Source of the DNA: Actinomycetota bacterium
GTDB taxonomy: Bacteria > Actinomycetota > Thermoleophilia > RBG-16-64-13
Assembly: GCA_012729575.1 (NCBI GenBank)
Contig: JAAYCW010000201.1
Coordinates: 981-64,980, forward strand
Direction of reading: 5' to 3'
Length of the DNA: 64,000 nucleotides
A program made the position numbers and the translations under genes. Position 1 is the stretch's first letter; each line of letters starts with the position of its first letter. This document shows, in pieces, positions 1 to 8,240 of the stretch. The notes under the pieces were generated by a model. The model made no database searches and was not told the origin of the DNA. It saw only the letters and a program-made list of their open reading frames with translations.

Positions 1-1
1 A

Positions 2-1009
2 TCCACGGCTAAGAAGCCCACACTCCTCCTCAGTCGCCGTATCCCTGAGCCTGGCTTCTCCTTAGTGCGCGAGGAGTTCACCGTAATCGGAGGTGAAGAG
101 GATAGACCCATGGGCCGCGCCGAGTTATTGCGGGGGGTCGAAGGTGTGGATGTCCTGCTCTGCCTGCTCACCGAGCCTGTGGACGGCGCGGTCATGGACG
201 CGTCCGGGGGCAGTCTTCGCGTCATCTCCAACATGGCTGTCGGCTATGACAACATCGACGTTCAGGCGGCTACGGAGAGGGGCATCCTGGTCACGAACAC
301 CCCAGGAGTGCTCACTGATGCCACCGCCGACCTTGCTTGGGCTCTGATTCTGAGTGTGGCCCGGCGCGTAGTCGAGGGCGATCATCTCGTCAGACAAGGG
401 CGTTTTGGGCGATGGAGTCCATTCCTGCTTCTGGGCCATGCCGTCGCGGGAGCCACTTTGGGGATCGTGGGGATGGGGCGCATCGGGCAGGCTGTGGCTC
501 GTAGGTCTCTAGGTTGGGACATGCGGGTCTTGTACACAAGGAAGAGCGGGCCTTTGGCCCAGGAGCAAGTGCCTGCAGGTGCGTGCTGGGAGTATCGGGA
601 CGAGTTGGACGGTTTGCTCTCCGAGGCGGACATCGTCAGTCTGCACGTTCCTCTGGATTCCACGACGCGACATCTGATGGGGTCGCGAGAGCTAGGGCTG
701 ATGCGGCCGGGGTCTTACCTCGTCAACACATCACGAGGGCCCGTGGTGGATGAGGATGCTCTCGTGCAATCGCTGCAGAGCGGGCATCTGGGCGGGGCCG
801 GCTTGGATGTCTACGAGGCCGAGCCCGGGCTCGCGGCCGGTCTGACGGATCTCGAGAACGTCGTGCTGCTGCCCCACCTAGGCAGTGCCACGGTCGAGAC
901 AAGGGGAATGATGTCGGAGTTGGCCGTGCGTAACGCCAGCGCTGCGGTGAGAGGGGAACCGGTCAACGTAGTCAACCCCGAAGTTCTTTCGCGTATGATG
1001 TCCGCGTGA
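2..1009 (+). CDS. D-isomer-specific 2-hydroxyacid dehydrogenase (glyoxylate/hydroxypyruvate reductase family), 5' partial; the reading frame is open to the window edge
   Basis: NAD-binding GxGxxG motif GIVGMGRIGQAVARR. Catalytic-domain signature RGPVVDEDALVQSL...GAGLDVYEAEP. The in-frame upstream translation KKPTLLLSRRIPEPGF looks like the typical GhrB N-terminus, so the true start lies at or before position 1. Confidence 0.85.
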   Translation, partial: STAKKPTLLLSRRIPEPGFSLVREEFTVIGGEEDRPMGRAELLRGVEGVDVLLCLLTEPVDGAVMDASGGSLRVISNMAVGYDNIDVQAATERGILVTNTPGVLTDATADLAWALILSVARRVVEGDHLVRQGRFGRWSPFLLLGHAVAGATLGIVGMGRIGQAVARRSLGWDMRVLYTRKSGPLAQEQVPAGACWEYRDELDGLLSEADIVSLHVPLDSTTRHLMGSRELGLMRPGSYLVNTSRGPVVDEDALVQSLQSGHLGGAGLDVYEAEPGLAAGLTDLENVVLLPHLGSATVETRGMMSELAVRNASAAVRGEPVNVVNPEVLSRMMSA

Positions 1010-1659
1010 GCGATGGCGACAGGAGATCGGGCTTCATGGCAGACGGGCGGCCGACGAGTGGCGAGGCGGAGGGTGACGCACCAAGGATGCGCCGTCGTCC
1101 GGTCGCCGCGCTGTTGCTCGTCGTTCTCGCGCTTGTGTTATGTGTTGGGTCGGGGCCGGCCTGCGATTCCGGTGGTGAAGAGGGCATTGTCGGGGGGGCC
1201 AGCTCGACCACCGGGCGGGGGGACACCGAGTCGGGCGACATCAAGGGATCCGTCGGCGATGAGATCAAGGTTGGCGACGCGGTCATCACCGTTCGCGCCC
1301 TGGACGCCACCTTCCAACCGGCTGTCCCCGAGCGGCGCCTGAGTGAGAGGATCCCGACTGGACTGGGCTCAGGTGAGTCTTTCTACCAGGCCTACGTGCG
1401 CGTGCAGAACACCGGGCTGACCCCGATAAGAGCGGACGCCGGCGATTTCGCATGTGTTGTCGGCGAATCTGTGGTCGAGATCGAGCCGGCCCGATCGGGT
1501 CCGCCTGCCCGTAGCCTGCTGAAGAACGCTTCTCTGGATCTGGTTCTGACATTCCAGGCGCAGGCCGGTTTCGAACCGATGCTGATCTACCGCCCCCCCT
1601 GGTACAAGGGCGTAATCACCGTGAGTCCCGAGGTCGAGGGAGCAACGACGACCGGCTGA
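1006..1659 (+). CDS. secreted beta-sandwich protein of unknown function (DUF4352-like)
   Basis: N-terminal hydrophobic signal segment LLLVVLALVLCVGSG after an Arg-rich n-region. Gly/Ser/Thr linker. Segment IKVGDAVITVRAL...YVRVQNTG resembles DUF4352. An alternative start at 1087 (MRRRPV) is possible. Confidence 0.4.
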   Translation: MSDGDRRSGFMADGRPTSGEAEGDAPRMRRRPVAALLLVVLALVLCVGSGPACDSGGEEGIVGGASSTTGRGDTESGDIKGSVGDEIKVGDAVITVRALDATFQPAVPERRLSERIPTGLGSGESFYQAYVRVQNTGLTPIRADAGDFACVVGESVVEIEPARSGPPARSLLKNASLDLVLTFQAQAGFEPMLIYRPPWYKGVITVSPEVEGATTTG

Positions 1660-1704
1660 GGAGAGGCTCCTCGGCGCACCGACGAAGAGGACTCCAGGCT
1701 CGGA

Positions 1705-2388
1705 TCAGCGCCAGGCGACCGCCCTCACAGGAGCTCCGTCGGCGTCGATGACGTTGAGGGGCAAGAAGGCGCAGGTGACAGGTCCTGGCCCGAGTTGGTC
1801 CAACCCTTGGAGATTCTCCGCGAGAAGTATCCCCTGTCTTAACAGGAGTCGGTGGACGGGATAAGGGTCGGCATCCAGACCGGGTCCGTCTGTTCCGACG
1901 AGACCGGCGCCGGAATCGAGCAACAACTGGGCCCCCTCAGTAGAGAGCAGCGCGCCCTCAGTCCACAGCAGAACCATGCCACCGGGCTCGGGGGGCGATG
2001 ACCGGAGTTCTTCGGCCAGGGCCACCACGTCGATCATGGGTGCTGCGTCTTTCGCGGGAGCGTGGGTCTCCCCTCTCGCCGCGTCAGCTGCGGAGGCTCC
2101 GATGGCTTCGGCCCCGAACTCAGGACGGCAGTCGATGATCACACCGGGTCCGAGGAAACGGCTGACAGGATATTGATCCAGAGTCGGTCCGTCGGGGAAG
2201 AGGTGGCGTGGTGCGTCAAGATGGGTCCCGGCATGCGACCCCAAGGATATGCGGGACACCTGGTATCCGTCGACCTCGTGAGTCCGGGCCGGCAGGATTC
2301 TCACCAAAGGGTCTCCGGAGACCCCGGGCATGCCCGGACGAAGGGGCAGGCTGAGGTCGACTATGTGCATGCGGAGCAGATCATCCAA
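1705..2388 (-). CDS. cyclase-family protein (kynurenine formamidase/arylformamidase-like)
   Basis: Cyclase signature HAGTHLDAPRH is present. About 227 aa. Its start codon overlaps the trpS stop, consistent with co-transcription with trpS. Confidence 0.8.
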   Translation of the reverse strand: MDDLLRMHIVDLSLPLRPGMPGVSGDPLVRILPARTHEVDGYQVSRISLGSHAGTHLDAPRHLFPDGPTLDQYPVSRFLGPGVIIDCRPEFGAEAIGASAADAARGETHAPAKDAAPMIDVVALAEELRSSPPEPGGMVLLWTEGALLSTEGAQLLLDSGAGLVGTDGPGLDADPYPVHRLLLRQGILLAENLQGLDQLGPGPVTCAFLPLNVIDADGAPVRAVAWR

Positions 2389-2390
2389 CT

Positions 2391-3362
2391 TCAGTAGGAT
2401 GTCGGGAGTCCCGTCGCCTCCCGCACTCTATGCATCACCTGCTGAGCGACGGCCCGGGCTCGCATACCGCCGTCTTTGAGGACATCCATCACGTAGTCCG
2501 TGTCCTTCTCGAGTTCGTGTCGGCGTTGCCGGAACGGAGCGAAGTACTCCTCGACCAGTTGGAGAAGCCGCTTCTTGACTTCTCCATACCCCATCCCTCC
2601 TGCTTCGTAGCGGGACTCCCATTCAGCCTTCTCCTCCGCAGAGGCAAGCAGACTTAAGAGAAGGAAGGGCGTGGACTGGTGAGGGTCCTTCGGAGCCTCG
2701 ACGGGGGCCGAGTCGGTGACGATGGACATGACCCTCTTCTTGAGGGCGTTACCCTCCTCGAATATCCCGATCTCGTTACCGTAGCTCTTGGACATCTTGC
2801 GTCCGTCGACGCCGGGGACGACCGCCGTCGATTCAAGGATATAGGGCTTCGGAATGACGAAGACCTCACCGAACTGCTGATTGAACTTGCCGGCGATATC
2901 CCGGGTCATCTCCAGATGCTGTTTTTGATCCTGCCCCACGGGGACCAATTCGGAGAGGTAGATGAGAATATCGGCTGCCTGCAGTACCGGGTAGGCGAAC
3001 AGACCGTGGTTGGGTGTCAGCCCCTGGGCGACCTTGTCCTTGTAGCTGACGGCGCGCTCGAGCAACCCCATGGGGGTCACGCAGGAGAGGATCCAGGTGA
3101 GCTCGGTGACTTCCGGGACGTCCTGCTGAGCGAAGAGGGCAGCCTGCTTGGGATCGAGGCCGAGAGCGAGAAGGTCTAGAGCCACCCCCATCGTGTATTC
3201 ACGCAACAGCGCCGGTTCCTGGACCGCTGTGAGGGCGTGATAACTTGCTATGAAGTAGAAGGGCTCATTCCCCTTCTGGAGGGTGATGTACTGGCGCAGA
3301 GCGCCGAAGTAGTTGCCCAGGTGGGGTCTGCCCGAGGGCTGTATGCCGGAGAGTATGCGCAT
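2391..3362 (-). CDS. trpS: tryptophan--tRNA ligase
   Basis: Class I aaRS HIGH-like motif GRPHLGNYFGA near the N-terminus and KMSKS motif KMSKSYGN. 323 aa, typical bacterial TrpRS length. Confidence 0.93.
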   Translation of the reverse strand: MRILSGIQPSGRPHLGNYFGALRQYITLQKGNEPFYFIASYHALTAVQEPALLREYTMGVALDLLALGLDPKQAALFAQQDVPEVTELTWILSCVTPMGLLERAVSYKDKVAQGLTPNHGLFAYPVLQAADILIYLSELVPVGQDQKQHLEMTRDIAGKFNQQFGEVFVIPKPYILESTAVVPGVDGRKMSKSYGNEIGIFEEGNALKKRVMSIVTDSAPVEAPKDPHQSTPFLLLSLLASAEEKAEWESRYEAGGMGYGEVKKRLLQLVEEYFAPFRQRRHELEKDTDYVMDVLKDGGMRARAVAQQVMHRVREATGLPTSY

Positions 3363-3480
3363 GATGATCCTAAGTGCCTGTCGGGGTCGGGGCGGCTCTT
3401 AGTGTAGCGGAGGCACCGCCGGGCCGCCACCGCGAGCAGAAAAGTCACGTTTCACGCGCCGAGCGTTATGACGCGCTTTT

Positions 3481-3496
3481 TGATATACATATATCA
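3481..3496. promoter_or_regulatory. AT-rich inverted repeat TGATATA-CA-TATATCA immediately upstream of the fumA-sdh operon (candidate operator or -10 region)
   Basis: Perfect 7-bp arms with a 2-bp spacer in an otherwise GC-rich region, 2-65 bp upstream of the candidate fumA starts. Confidence 0.35.
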
Positions 3497-3498
3497 GT

Positions 3499-4407
3499 AT
3501 GGAGTATGCTCACAAGGGAGAAGGCGTTTCGAGGGCTCGTCCTGAGCCGAGGAGGGGTGTCGTGAGGGAATTGGACGTTGCTCGGCTGACCGAGGTGGTG
3601 GCGAAACTCGCGGTGGATGCGTGCAACTACCTGGGCGACGACGTCGTGGCTTTCTTCGAGCAGGCGATAGCTCGAGAAGAGTCCGAGACCGGCAGGGATG
3701 TCCTTGCCCAGCTACTCGAAAACGCTGATCTAGCCAAGGATTCAGGGCGGCCTCTTTGCCAGGATACGGGTCTGGCCGTGGTGTTCTTGGAGATAGGCCA
3801 AGATGTCCACCTGGTAGGCGGAGATCTGGAAGCAGCGGTCAACGAAGGGGTACGGGTGGGCTACGTAGAAGGTTATCTGCGCAAGTCCGCAGTGGCCGAT
3901 CCGATCGGAGAGCGCAAGAACACGGCCGATAACACACCGGCCATGCTGCATACCCGCATCGTCCCCGGGGACAAAGTGCGGGTGGTGGTGGCCCCAAAGG
4001 GGGGCGGCGCTGAGAACATGAGCGCTATCGGCATGCTGAAGCCTGCCCAGGGCAGACAGGGCGCAATCGATTTCGTCGTCGACACGGTGAGCAAGGCGGG
4101 GCCCAACCCGTGTCCACCGATAATCGTCGGCGTCGGACTCGGAGGGACCTTCGAGAAGGCTGCCTATATGGCCAAGCACGCCCTGCTGCGCGAGGTGGGC
4201 TCTACCAACCCTGAACCTCGCTTGGCTGAACTGGAGGATGAGTTGGAGGAGCGCTGCAACGCTTTGGGTATCGGCCCCGCCGGCCTAGGCGGAACGGTCA
4301 CCGTGATTGACGTGTTCGTCGAAGAACTCCCGGCGCACATAGCCAGCATGCCGGTAGCGGTGAACATCCAGTGTCACTCCGCCCGACACAAGGAGGCAGT
4401 GCTCTGA
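3499..4407 (+). CDS. fumA: class I (Fe-S) fumarate hydratase, alpha/N-terminal subunit (FumA/TtdA-type)
   Basis: Hydro-lyase Fe-S type alpha-subunit conservation (CQDTGLAVVFLEIGQDVHL, GGGAENMS). Followed by the beta subunit and sdhCDAB. The true start may be GTG at about 3562, which has a GGAGGGG Shine-Dalgarno. Confidence 0.85.
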   Translation: MEYAHKGEGVSRARPEPRRGVVRELDVARLTEVVAKLAVDACNYLGDDVVAFFEQAIAREESETGRDVLAQLLENADLAKDSGRPLCQDTGLAVVFLEIGQDVHLVGGDLEAAVNEGVRVGYVEGYLRKSAVADPIGERKNTADNTPAMLHTRIVPGDKVRVVVAPKGGGAENMSAIGMLKPAQGRQGAIDFVVDTVSKAGPNPCPPIIVGVGLGGTFEKAAYMAKHALLREVGSTNPEPRLAELEDELEERCNALGIGPAGLGGTVTVIDVFVEELPAHIASMPVAVNIQCHSARHKEAVL

Positions 4408-4967
4408 TGGAACGAGTCATCACTACTCCGCTCACCGACGAGTTGGTAGCAGGCCTGCACGCGGGCGACCGGCTGCTCATCACCGGGAAGATATATACAG
4501 GCCGCGACGCCGCACACAAGCGGCTGGTCGAGCTCATCGACAAGGGCGAGCCTCTACCCATAGATCTCAGGGGGCAGGTCATCTACTTCGTAGGCCCTAC
4601 ACCCCCCAAGCCGGGCGAGGTGATCGGCTCTGCCGGTCCTACCACCTCCGGTCGGATGGACGCCTATTCACCGAAGTTGACCGCTCTCGGACTCAAAGGC
4701 ATGATCGGGAAAGGATCGCGGAATGAGGCCGTCAAGGAAGCCCTCAAACGCGACAAGGCAGTCTATCTGGCGGCGACGGGCGGGGCCGGTGCTCTGCTCG
4801 CTCAGCGCATCGTCTCAGCCCGGGTGGTCGCCTACGAAGATCTTGGCCCTGAGGCCATCAGGGAGCTGGAGGTGAAGGAGTTCCCGGTTGTGGTCATCAA
4901 TGACATGTACGGAGGCGACCTTTATGTGGAAGGGCGTCGGAAGTATGAAAGGAAGGGGGATTCTTGA
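4407..4967 (+). CDS. fumB: class I fumarate hydratase, beta/C-terminal subunit
   Basis: Beta-subunit pattern (ITGKIYTGRDAAHKRL, ATGGAGALLAQRI). TGATG stop/start overlap with the alpha subunit. Confidence 0.85.
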   Translation: MERVITTPLTDELVAGLHAGDRLLITGKIYTGRDAAHKRLVELIDKGEPLPIDLRGQVIYFVGPTPPKPGEVIGSAGPTTSGRMDAYSPKLTALGLKGMIGKGSRNEAVKEALKRDKAVYLAATGGAGALLAQRIVSARVVAYEDLGPEAIRELEVKEFPVVVINDMYGGDLYVEGRRKYERKGDS

Positions 4968-5362
4968 GCGCAAAACCTCGTGAGACGGCCAATGTGGGGG
5001 CCGGGCTCTGGAAGGCGACAGGCATGTGGGCCTGGCTGCTTTTCAGAATCAGCGGCCTGATCCTAGTTCTCTATCTGGGCGCCCATATCATCGTCACTTC
5101 GATGGGGCAGTTCGACAAGTTCGATGGTCTGATGGAGTTCTTCGACAAGCCGGTCATGGTTCTTCTCGATCTTGCCCTCGTGGTGGCCGTTCTCTATCAC
5201 GCGCTTAACGGGGTGCGGATCATCCTCATGGATTTCGGTGTCGGGATACAACGGCACAAGGTCGTCTTCTGGAGCGCCATGGCTGTGGTGGTCATCTGTT
5301 TCGCAATCTTCGCTTGGGTGGCCTTCACCTACATCATCACCGGTGAGGGGGTGACGAGTTGA
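4964..5362 (+). CDS. sdhC: succinate dehydrogenase cytochrome b subunit
   Basis: About 130-aa three-helix membrane protein with His ligands (YHALNGVR), directly upstream of sdhD/A/B. 4-bp overlap with fumB. Confidence 0.8.
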   Translation: MSAKPRETANVGAGLWKATGMWAWLLFRISGLILVLYLGAHIIVTSMGQFDKFDGLMEFFDKPVMVLLDLALVVAVLYHALNGVRIILMDFGVGIQRHKVVFWSAMAVVVICFAIFAWVAFTYIITGEGVTS

Positions 5363-5721
5363 GAGCTGAAGTCATCTCCACCCATAGAGGAGGCGTGTGG
5401 TCCTGGTTGTTCCAGCGGATCACGGCTGTCCTTCTAATCGTGTGCCTGGCGATCCATCTGATCTTCACGCACATACTGAACATCGGTGAACTCGATTCGG
5501 CTAATGTCGCCGCTCGCTTGGCCAATGCCGGCCTGACCGCGGTCGACATCATCTTGTTGGCGGCCGGAATCTACCATGCGCTGAACGGTCTGCGGATGGT
5601 GCTCATGGATTACTGGTTCACCTCTCGCACACGGGCCCTAACTCTGACCATCGTCCTCTGGGTGGTGGGTCTTGCGTTCATGGGCTATGGGACCTGGGCT
5701 CTCTGGCCCTGGATCAGTTAG
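5359..5721 (+). CDS. sdhD: succinate dehydrogenase hydrophobic membrane anchor subunit
   Basis: 120-aa three-TM protein with the conserved YHALNGLR motif, sitting between sdhC and sdhA. Confidence 0.8.
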   Translation: MRAEVISTHRGGVWSWLFQRITAVLLIVCLAIHLIFTHILNIGELDSANVAARLANAGLTAVDIILLAAGIYHALNGLRMVLMDYWFTSRTRALTLTIVLWVVGLAFMGYGTWALWPWIS

Positions 5722-5737
5722 GTAAGGTGAGGCAGAT

Positions 5738-7447
5738 ATGATCCACCATGATGTTATCGTCGTCGGCGGGGGCCTGTCCGGTTTGAGAGCTGCGATCGAA
5801 GCGAAAAGGGCCGGCGTCGACGTAGCCATCTTGTCTCAGGTCCATCCCGGACGGAGTCACTCCGGCCAGGCTCAGGGCGGCATCAACGCGGCGCTGGGCA
5901 ATCATCCCGACGGTCGCGACGACAATAGGGAGAAGCATGCCTTCGACACAGTGAAGGGCGGCGACTTCTTGGTCGACCAGGATTGCGCCGTGCAGATGGC
6001 CGAGGATGCTCCCCGGGTCATCTATGAGATGGACCACTGGGGTTGCCCGTTCAGCCGGTTTGAGGATGGCACCATCGCCCAGCGGCCGTTCGGCGGTGCC
6101 GGTTTTCCGCGCTGCTGCTATGGGGCCGACAAGACCGGCCATTATCTGCTCCACACCTTGGTCGAGCAGGCCTACAGACTGCAGGTCAAGATGTATGTAG
6201 AGCAGTATGTCGCCAGCCTCATCGTGCACGAAGGTGTTTGTCAGGGTGTGGTGGCTTACGACATGATCCGGGGCGGATTTGAGGCATTCACCGCTAACGC
6301 AGTGGTCATCGCCACCGGGGGGGCCGGTCGCACTTACAGCAATACCACGAACAGTCTGATCAGTACGGGCTGCGGCATGTTCATGGCCTACCACGCCGGT
6401 GTGCCGCTCAAGGACATGGAGTTCGTCCAGTTCCACCCCACCGGGCTCTACACCACCCAGATTCTGATGACTGAGGGCGCCCGTGGTGAGGGTGGCTATC
6501 TGATCAACGACAAAGGCGAGCGCTTCATGGAGAAGTACGCTCCCAAGTTCATGGAGCTTGCGCCGCGCGACATAACCGCGCGTTCCATCCAGATAGAGAT
6601 CAACGAAGGTCGCGGCATCGGGGGTAAGGGCTACGTTCACCTGGATTTACGGCATCTCGGTGCGGAAAAGATCCTGGAACGCCTCCCGGGGATCCGGGAT
6701 CTAGCCATCCACTTCGAAGGTGTGGACCCGATAGAAGAGCCCATACCGGTCGTTCCCAGCCAGCACTACTGGATGGGTGGTATCGACACCGATGTGAATG
6801 GGGCCACTGTGATGCCCGGCCTCTATGCGGCCGGAGAATGTGCCTGCGTATCCGTACACGGAGCCAACCGGCTTGGCGGCAACTCTCTGCTTGAGACGAT
6901 AGTCTTCGGCCGGAGGGCCGGCGCCGAGGTGGTGAGGTATCTGGAGACCTTGACGGACAGGCGGCCGAACGCACGGTCGGCTTTTGCCGCCGCACAGATG
7001 ATGGAGCAGAAAGTGGAGGAGTTGGGAGTTCGGGAGGGCAAGGAGAACGCCTACGAACTCCGCGCCGTGATGACCGAAGTGATGAAGGACCACTTCTTCC
7101 TCTTCCGCGATGAAGCAGCCATGAGAGAAGGCCTGGAGAGACTGCTCCAAGTGAAGGAGCGGGTCAAGAACATCAATCTCAGGTGGACAGGCAGTGTCTT
7201 CAACGTGGACATGATCCGGACCGTAGAGTTGGAGGGGATGGTCGATCTAGCCTTGTGTGTGGCAGTGGGAGCGCTGGAGCGGCAGGAGTCACGTGGGGCC
7301 CACTTCCGCACCGACTACAACACCCGCGACGACCTGAACTGGCTAAAACACACCCTGGCCTACTATCAGCCCGACGCGGCCGGTCCGCGTCTTGACTCCA
7401 AGCCAGTGACCCTCGGCCATTTCGAGCTACAGGAGCGGAAATACTGA
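5738..7447 (+). CDS. sdhA: succinate dehydrogenase flavoprotein subunit
   Basis: FAD-binding GGGLSG dinucleotide fold. His for covalent FAD (RSHSGQAQGG). HPTGL and RLGGNSL motifs. 569 aa. Confidence 0.95.
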   Translation: MIHHDVIVVGGGLSGLRAAIEAKRAGVDVAILSQVHPGRSHSGQAQGGINAALGNHPDGRDDNREKHAFDTVKGGDFLVDQDCAVQMAEDAPRVIYEMDHWGCPFSRFEDGTIAQRPFGGAGFPRCCYGADKTGHYLLHTLVEQAYRLQVKMYVEQYVASLIVHEGVCQGVVAYDMIRGGFEAFTANAVVIATGGAGRTYSNTTNSLISTGCGMFMAYHAGVPLKDMEFVQFHPTGLYTTQILMTEGARGEGGYLINDKGERFMEKYAPKFMELAPRDITARSIQIEINEGRGIGGKGYVHLDLRHLGAEKILERLPGIRDLAIHFEGVDPIEEPIPVVPSQHYWMGGIDTDVNGATVMPGLYAAGECACVSVHGANRLGGNSLLETIVFGRRAGAEVVRYLETLTDRRPNARSAFAAAQMMEQKVEELGVREGKENAYELRAVMTEVMKDHFFLFRDEAAMREGLERLLQVKERVKNINLRWTGSVFNVDMIRTVELEGMVDLALCVAVGALERQESRGAHFRTDYNTRDDLNWLKHTLAYYQPDAAGPRLDSKPVTLGHFELQERKY

Positions 7448-8175
7448 TGCCTGACATCAAGTTTCGCGTGAAGCGACAGGACCCGGGCGATAAGAAGAAC
7501 CCTGAGGCGCATTGGGAGGAGTACATCGTCCACTATGAGGGCGACAACCTGACCGTCCTCGAGGGTCTCTTCTACATCCAGGAGAAGTATGACGGAGGCT
7601 TGTCATTCCGGTACTGCTGCCGCGCGTCGATCTGCGGTAGCTGCGGTATGTACATAAACGGAGCGTACCGGTTGGCCTGCCAGACCAACGTCAAGCACCT
7701 CGACACTGATTTGATCACGGTAGCGCCGATGCCCCATCTGCCCCTGGTGAAGGACTTGGTAGTCGATATGGACGAGTTCTTCGCCAAATACGAGTACATA
7801 ATGCCGTGGCTCATCCGGCACTCCTCCGATCCTGAGAAGGAGTTGATCCAGTCACCCAAAGAACGCAAGAAGATCGACATGCCCGTCGACTGCATTCTCT
7901 GCGGGTGCTGCTATTCGAGCTGCCCGTCCGCTTGGGGTGAGGACAATTACCTGGGCCCCGCTGCACTGCTCAAGGCTCATCGCTTCGAGGTCGACTCGCG
8001 CGACGAGGGCGGTAAGGAGCGGATAGCACGTTGGAACAACGAGCGCGGCGTCTACCGGTGCCATACCATCATGAACTGCGTCGAGGCCTGCCCCAAGGAA
8101 CTCAACCCGACTGAGGGTATCCAGTGGCTCAAGAGGGCGGCGGTGCGGAGGAAGCTGCTCGGCAAAGCGAAGTAG
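7447..8175 (+). CDS. sdhB: succinate dehydrogenase iron-sulfur subunit
   Basis: 2Fe-2S ligands CCRASICGSC, 4Fe-4S CILCGCCYSSCP and 3Fe-4S CHTIMNCVEACP clusters. ATGA overlap with sdhA. Confidence 0.95.
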   Translation: MPDIKFRVKRQDPGDKKNPEAHWEEYIVHYEGDNLTVLEGLFYIQEKYDGGLSFRYCCRASICGSCGMYINGAYRLACQTNVKHLDTDLITVAPMPHLPLVKDLVVDMDEFFAKYEYIMPWLIRHSSDPEKELIQSPKERKKIDMPVDCILCGCCYSSCPSAWGEDNYLGPAALLKAHRFEVDSRDEGGKERIARWNNERGVYRCHTIMNCVEACPKELNPTEGIQWLKRAAVRRKLLGKAK

Positions 8176-8194
8176 ACGAGGCTGTCAGAATGCC

Positions 8195-8240
8195 GAGTCC
8201 TCCGGAGTCCCTATGACGTTGGCGGGACTCCGTAGGACTC
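8195..8240. terminator. 17-bp imperfect inverted repeat hairpin at the convergent sdhB / FAD-oxidase junction; no U-tract
   Basis: GAGTCCTCCGGAGTCCC ... GGGACTCCGTAGGACTC with one mismatch and a 12-nt loop. Located between two convergent gene ends. Confidence 0.3.

Noticed and set aside
5714-6640. 308-aa ORF on the minus strand antisense to sdhA
   Set aside because: It lies entirely inside the well-supported sdhA coding sequence. It is the typical long antisense shadow ORF of a high-GC genome and has no motifs.
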